Shown piece by piece: positions 25,089 to 28,784 of a DNA stretch of 28,784 nucleotides. Below the pieces are notes generated by a model. The model was not told where the DNA came from, made no database searches, and was given only the letters and a program-made list of their open reading frames with translations. The stretch's first letter is position 1, and every line of letters starts with the position of its first letter. Both the position numbers and the translations under genes were made by a program. Source of the stretch: Candidatus Sericytochromatia bacterium (GTDB lineage Bacteria > Cyanobacteriota > Sericytochromatia > S15B-MN24 > UBA4093); contig JAKFCT010000025.1 of assembly GCA_036676495.1 (NCBI GenBank), positions 1 through 28,784 of the forward strand, given 5' to 3'.

Positions 25089-25385
25089 ATGCCCAAGGAC
25101 TTCTCGCGCGACCTCGGTTACCTGGACAGGTTTCTGCAGGGCCTTCGCGACCATGCGGCCTCCCTGGGGGAGCCCGCGGCCGCCCGCCTCGGCGCGCTGC
25201 TCGATGAGCAGGATCGCGCCTGGACCGAAATTCGCGGCTTGCTTTCCGGCGGATCGGCCAGCGGCGCGCCACAGACCGCCCAGCCCGCCTTGGCGACAAA
25301 GACCGAGGCCCCGTTCATCGAACCCGGGGTTGCGACGAACGAGGCCAAGGCCAAGCGGCTCACGGTCGGGAGCCTGATGTCCTGA
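25089..25385 (+). CDS. hypothetical protein (98 aa)
   Basis: GGAAGGAG RBS before ATG 25089. Two amphipathic helices, a linker and a C-terminal LTVGSL. Confidence 0.7.
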   Translation: MPKDFSRDLGYLDRFLQGLRDHAASLGEPAAARLGALLDEQDRAWTEIRGLLSGGSASGAPQTAQPALATKTEAPFIEPGVATNEAKAKRLTVGSLMS

Positions 25386-25404
25386 TGCGGTCTCGCGACC
25401 GCGT
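25385..25404. terminator. short hairpin between convergent genes
   Basis: GCGGTC-tcgc-GACCGC followed by GTTT. Confidence 0.45.
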
Positions 25405-25677
25405 TTAGTGTGCTCCCAGGTACTGCCGGTACAGCACTGACGTCAAGCGGCCCATGTCGCGCTCGGAGAGCTTCCAGCTGAGTTCTTCGGGGCCGCGATC
25501 GCCGTAGGTGTTGGCGCGGCCGTCCATGATCAGGTTGAGAAGCCGCTCTTGGGCGTCCTGGTCGTCAATCTCTCCCCGCTGCAACATGGAACGGATGTCG
25601 CTGAACGCGTCCGACTTGGAGATCTGATAGCTCAGATCGTCCAGATCGGTCTCGTAACTCCGGCTGATCTTGACCAC
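25405..25677 (-). CDS. hypothetical protein (90 aa)
   Basis: GAGAGGT RBS with GTG start. Acidic helical composition. Fills the gap between flanking genes. Confidence 0.7.
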   Translation of the reverse strand: MVKISRSYETDLDDLSYQISKSDAFSDIRSMLQRGEIDDQDAQERLLNLIMDGRANTYGDRGPEELSWKLSERDMGRLTSVLYRQYLGAH

Positions 25678-25733
25678 GTCTTACCTCTCTCTGCGATCCG
25701 GGACGGTGAAAAATCGGGTGGGTTTCGGGCGTC

Positions 25734-26300
25734 TTATCGGGTCGGGGTTCGGGAGCCCTTGGGCGGAATACGCTCGGCCTCGGCGCTCCAGAACAGCAAT
25801 CCCCATGAGCCCCGGGTGGGATGCGGGTGGACCTCGTTGGGGGATGAATCCAGCGTGAGGGTGATGGTCGCCCCGCGGTAGGTCGTCGACATGGATCTCC
25901 GCCCGGACCCCATGATACTCCCGCGCATGGCGCGGGCCTGTTCCATGACGGCGCGGAATTCGTCGGGATGTCCCGCGAACTCGCCCAGGAACCGGCTGAT
26001 GATCACCAGGGCGTAGTCGTCGCGCTTATCGGCGGGCAAGGCGACCTCGATGCGCTGCCGGACGATCTTTCCCCCTTCGGTATGGACCCGGAGGATGGTC
26101 GAGAACTCCGCCAACCTCCCGGCGTAGAGAATTCCGGGATGACCCGATTCCGGGACCCGCTTGAAGTTGCTGCCGGGCAGGGTTCGGAGGTAGCGCTCGA
26201 ACTCGGGGATCGTTCCCCCCATCCGCGCGTCGGCAGGCTGAATCGAACCGAGCCCGAGGAACCCGGCGAGGAAAAGGCTGGCAAAGCGGAAGCGGCGCAT
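25734..26300 (-). CDS. secreted hypothetical protein (188 aa)
   Basis: AAAGGGA RBS with ATG at 26300. Signal peptide MRRFRFASLFLAGFLGLGSIQPADA. Confidence 0.7.
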   Translation of the reverse strand: MRRFRFASLFLAGFLGLGSIQPADARMGGTIPEFERYLRTLPGSNFKRVPESGHPGILYAGRLAEFSTILRVHTEGGKIVRQRIEVALPADKRDDYALVIISRFLGEFAGHPDEFRAVMEQARAMRGSIMGSGRRSMSTTYRGATITLTLDSSPNEVHPHPTRGSWGLLFWSAEAERIPPKGSRTPTR

Positions 26301-26396
26301 GGATTCCCTTTCTCTGCGTCTACGAAGGGATCTTACACCAACCCATCGCCTGGATAACAGCCCGATAGCCAAACGAAGCCGGGTTCCGACGCCGCC

Positions 26397-26807
26397 TCAC
26401 TCCTTCTTCAGGGGAAGCGGGGGGGCGGCGAGGCCCGCCAGCACGGCCCGATACAGCTCGGTGGCCAGGCTCGCGGCCTCCACGTTCCGCCCCATCATCC
26501 GATCATGCGCGGCGTTCCCGTAGACCATGGCGGTGAGGCTCAGCCCCATCACCTCGGCATCGAGATCCCGCCGAAAATCCCCCGCGATGATCCCGTTGCG
26601 GAGGATCTGGGTGAAGAGGGTTTGGCTTGCTTTCCAGCCTTCCGATGCGGGGCCTTCCCGAAACTGCGCGATGATCGCGTCGGCATGCCCGTCCAGCACG
26701 CCGAGCATGCCTTCGAGCGCTGTCAACAGGGCCAAGGTCGGGCTCGGGGCATCCGGTTGAGCCTTGAGCTCCTGCTGGGCCCAGGCCCTCAGATCCTCAT
26801 CCAACAT
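26397..26807 (-). CDS. stand-alone TetR/AcrR C-terminal-like domain protein (136 aa, no HTH)
   Basis: AAGGAGG RBS with ATG at 26807 and TACAAT upstream. ILRNGIIAGDFRRDLDAE..LTAMVYG..VLAGL is typical of TetR C-terminal domains. Confidence 0.72.
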   Translation of the reverse strand: MLDEDLRAWAQQELKAQPDAPSPTLALLTALEGMLGVLDGHADAIIAQFREGPASEGWKASQTLFTQILRNGIIAGDFRRDLDAEVMGLSLTAMVYGNAAHDRMMGRNVEAASLATELYRAVLAGLAAPPLPLKKE

Positions 26808-26878
26808 GGGGGTCCTCCTTCGTGTTGCTCCCATTGTAGGCGATTTTCCGCCATGTTTTAGCCCGTTGAAAAACCAAG

Positions 26879-26929
26879 TTTAATCCGGGCTTTACCGGAT
26901 CGCAGCGTGAAACCGGGATAAGTCCAGTA
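26879..26929 (+). promoter_or_regulatory. putative promoter: TTTAA box + CGGGATAA -10-like element
   Basis: TTTAATCC-ggg-CTTTACCG, TTAA-N33-GATAA-N6-TA. Confidence 0.5.
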
Positions 26930-26958
26930 GTCGGTCTGATGACCCGGAGGAGGAGCAC

Positions 26959-27489
26959 ATGCTGAGCGTCAAGATGATTCCCTGGTTTGCGGTCGTTTCC
27001 GCGCTGATGGTCATGGCCAGCGGCTGCGGCGGATCCGCGAATCTGGTCCCGGTGAGCAGGGTGGATCAGAAGTCGTCCAAGAACATCACTCCCTCCTCGG
27101 CTCCCATCGTGGTGCAGCCCTCTCCTTACATGCCGAACCCGAACCTCCCGCTCACTCCGGGTGCCTCCAACCAGCTTCAGGCGACCAAGACCGTCAAGAA
27201 CGGCATCTTCAGCAAGATCGTCGTGACCGTCGAGGTCACGAACCCCACCAACTATCCCCTGACCGGCGAGGTGAAGGTGGTCTTCACCGACGGCGGCAAG
27301 CCCACGGCGAAGACCCAGTCGAAGTCGGTCACGCTGCAGGCCATGGGCAAGGAGACGTTGACCTTCGAGGATCCGTCCTGGGGGCTGGATGATGCCACCG
27401 TCGAGGTGCGCACGCAGAACGCCGGCTACGATCCCCACGGCTCGGCCAACGGCCAATCGCCTTACGGGCAGTCTCCTTACGGTTACTAG
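26959..27489 (+). CDS. lipoprotein with Ig-like beta-sandwich domain
   Basis: GGAGGAGG RBS. Lipobox ASGC, Pro/Ser linker, VTVEVTNPT..VVFTD..VTLQAMG pattern, tail GQSPYGQSPYGY. Confidence 0.8.
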   Translation: MLSVKMIPWFAVVSALMVMASGCGGSANLVPVSRVDQKSSKNITPSSAPIVVQPSPYMPNPNLPLTPGASNQLQATKTVKNGIFSKIVVTVEVTNPTNYPLTGEVKVVFTDGGKPTAKTQSKSVTLQAMGKETLTFEDPSWGLDDATVEVRTQNAGYDPHGSANGQSPYGQSPYGY

Positions 27490-27520
27490 GGGCTTGGCTT
27501 CGGGCCGTTGAGATGAAATA

Positions 27521-28330
27521 ATGGCCGCTATGGCCTGGATACTTGCATTACTCGGCCTCGTACTGGTTTACGGGGCCGTCGTCTTTTTGAAGTTCCGCTA
27601 CCTGCGCTGGCGCGGCAAGCGGCGGCTGCGGCTGGCCCTGGCCGCCCGTCCCGCACCCCGTCCCCAGGGGGGCAATCCCCAGGGGGGCGATCCCCAGATC
27701 ACCTTTGTTTGCCCGGTCACCAAGCCGGCGGTGCTCGCCGCCTGGCTGTCGGCCGGACTGGACGAGCTCGACGACCCGCATGCGCGGATCTTTCATCCCA
27801 ATACCGGGGCAGGCGCCATGGTCGCCTCCCGCCTCTTCAATCAGCTCGCGCAGCAGGTGACGACTCCGTACGTGGCGTTCGTTCACCAGGACTGGCGGCC
27901 GATCGACCGCGACTGGGTGGCGAAGACGCTGCGGGTCTTCGAGGAGACGGGCTGCGAGATGGTGGTGCAGGTGGGCATCGGGGAGGACCGGGAGCGGCTG
28001 GTGGGGCAGTTGCTGGATCCGTTCGGCGGCGGGGGAGAGCCTGGGGTGCACCGGGTGCATGCTCCCGACGAGCAGTGCTTCGTGCTGCGGACGGAGGCGT
28101 TGCGGCAGCATCCCTTCGACGAGGAGACGCTGACGGAGTTTCACTTCTACGCGGTGGATTACGCCCGGGAGGTCGCGGCGCGCGGGGGGGCGATCTATAC
28201 CAACGGGGCGCTGGCGTACCATGACTCGGCGATCGGGGATCTGAAGCATCCGAGCTTCTTGCGGGCGCGGGAGCGCATGCGTCGCAAGTGGGGCGCAGGG
28301 GCGATCCGGGCCACGACGGGCTGGGTTTGA
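27521..28330 (+). CDS. membrane-anchored GT2-like glycosyltransferase-family protein
   Basis: N-terminal TM helix. FN..TPYVAFVHQD, DEQCFV, FDE..FHFYAVD and YH motifs of the glycosyltransferase-like family. Confidence 0.72.
   Translation: MAAMAWILALLGLVLVYGAVVFLKFRYLRWRGKRRLRLALAARPAPRPQGGNPQGGDPQITFVCPVTKPAVLAAWLSAGLDELDDPHARIFHPNTGAGAMVASRLFNQLAQQVTTPYVAFVHQDWRPIDRDWVAKTLRVFEETGCEMVVQVGIGEDRERLVGQLLDPFGGGGEPGVHRVHAPDEQCFVLRTEALRQHPFDEETLTEFHFYAVDYAREVAARGGAIYTNGALAYHDSAIGDLKHPSFLRARERMRRKWGAGAIRATTGWV
27661..27697 (+). repeat. in-frame 15-bp tandem repeat, about 2.5 copies (TCCCCAGGGGGGCRA; PQGG[N/D])
   Basis: Read directly in the linker after the TM helix. Confidence 0.8.
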
Positions 28331-28555
28331 TTACCGGAAGAACCGGACGGCCAGGTTGAGCAGCACGGTGAGCAGCAGGCTCAAGAGGATCGAGGTCGCC
28401 AGGGGGAAGTAGACCTTCCAGTTGCGGCCCTCGACGACGAAGTCCCCCGGAAGGCGGGGCAGCCCCAGCCGGGCGAAGACGAAGAGCAGCGCTCCGGCGG
28501 CCAAGAGGGCCAGGGCGACGAGGATGAGGGTCTTGGCGAGACTTTCGAGGGGCAT
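28331..28555 (-). CDS. DUF2905 family small membrane protein (74 aa)
   Basis: AAAGGA RBS with ATG at 28555. RLPGDF...VYFPLATSILLSLLLT signature. Confidence 0.88.
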   Translation of the reverse strand: MPLESLAKTLILVALALLAAGALLFVFARLGLPRLPGDFVVEGRNWKVYFPLATSILLSLLLTVLLNLAVRFFR

Positions 28556-28696
28556 GGGCGGGTCCTTTGTCGGGAAACTCGGCCGGGATTGACGCCTAGC
28601 GGCTATTAGCCAGCCGAAAGATGCGCTATGATGGGGCGTGAGGCTTCGGCCATGACTGTTGTAACCCAACGCGAAAGCGTTTGAAAGGGAGGACCG

Positions 28697-28784
28697 ATGA
28701 AGTTCTTTCTCGACACCGCCAATCTCGATGAGATCCGCGAGGCCGCCAGCTGGGGCCAAGTGGACGGCGTCACCACCAATCCCA
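28697..28784 (+). CDS. fsa: transaldolase / fructose-6-phosphate aldolase family (3'-truncated by window edge)
   Basis: [38 protein letters not shown] is the family N-terminal signature. Confidence 0.9.
   Translation, partial: MKFFLDTANLDEIREAASWGQVDGVTTNP

Noticed and set aside
22940-25096. 718-aa minus-strand ORF and similar long antisense or alternate-frame ORFs (e.g. 770-1855, 3713-5194, 9993-11363, 13458-15020, 17123-18373, 18408-20204)
   Set aside because: They are shadows of well-supported genes, expected from high GC3 codon bias, and have no recognisable motifs or RBS.
25734-25741. CCCGATAA sigma28-like -10 on the minus strand upstream of the 90-aa gene
   Set aside because: It coincides with the Arg-stop codons of the upstream gene and lacks the TTAA box, so it may be chance.
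1-28784. Anti-phage defence island, prophage or autonomous mobile element
   Set aside because: No nuclease/ATPase defence cassettes, phage genes, integrases or transposases recognised. MoxR and PLD occur in their usual envelope-type contexts.

Overview
High-GC bacterial chromosomal window, densely coding, with no rRNA, tRNA, CRISPR array, transposase or integrase visible. The organism has an outer membrane (MltA, beta-barrel protein). Marker genes (cyanobacteria-like Rps1, TIGR03279-type PDZ/Fe-S protein, NapA-like antiporter) suggest a non-photosynthetic relative of Cyanobacteria such as Sericytochromatia; this is inference only. Gene order: 3' part of rpsA; PDZ/DUF512 radical-SAM-like gene; two exported small proteins; MoxR ATPase followed by a fused DUF58-membrane-transglutaminase gene; a minus-strand three-gene operon ending in a degenerate 5'-nucleotidase-like protein fused to a predicted outer-membrane beta-barrel; a run of hydrolases (phospholipase D lipoprotein, MltA, subtilase lipoprotein, YiiX-like amidase, purple-acid-phosphatase-like enzyme); two cation/proton antiporters plus a LysR regulator; PlsB-like acyltransferase, gpsA and lgt; several hypotheticals; and the start of a transaldolase. 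Most notable observations: (1) the nucleotidase-pseudoenzyme/barrel operon; (2) a promoter architecture shared by three genes (11-bp-periodic YTTAA boxes, then TTAA-N33/34-GATAA-N6-TA); (3) a short dispersed element with conserved ends found twice between convergent genes; (4) enrichment of the HIP1-type palindrome GGCGATCGCC. All family assignments come from motif recognition by eye, not database searches.
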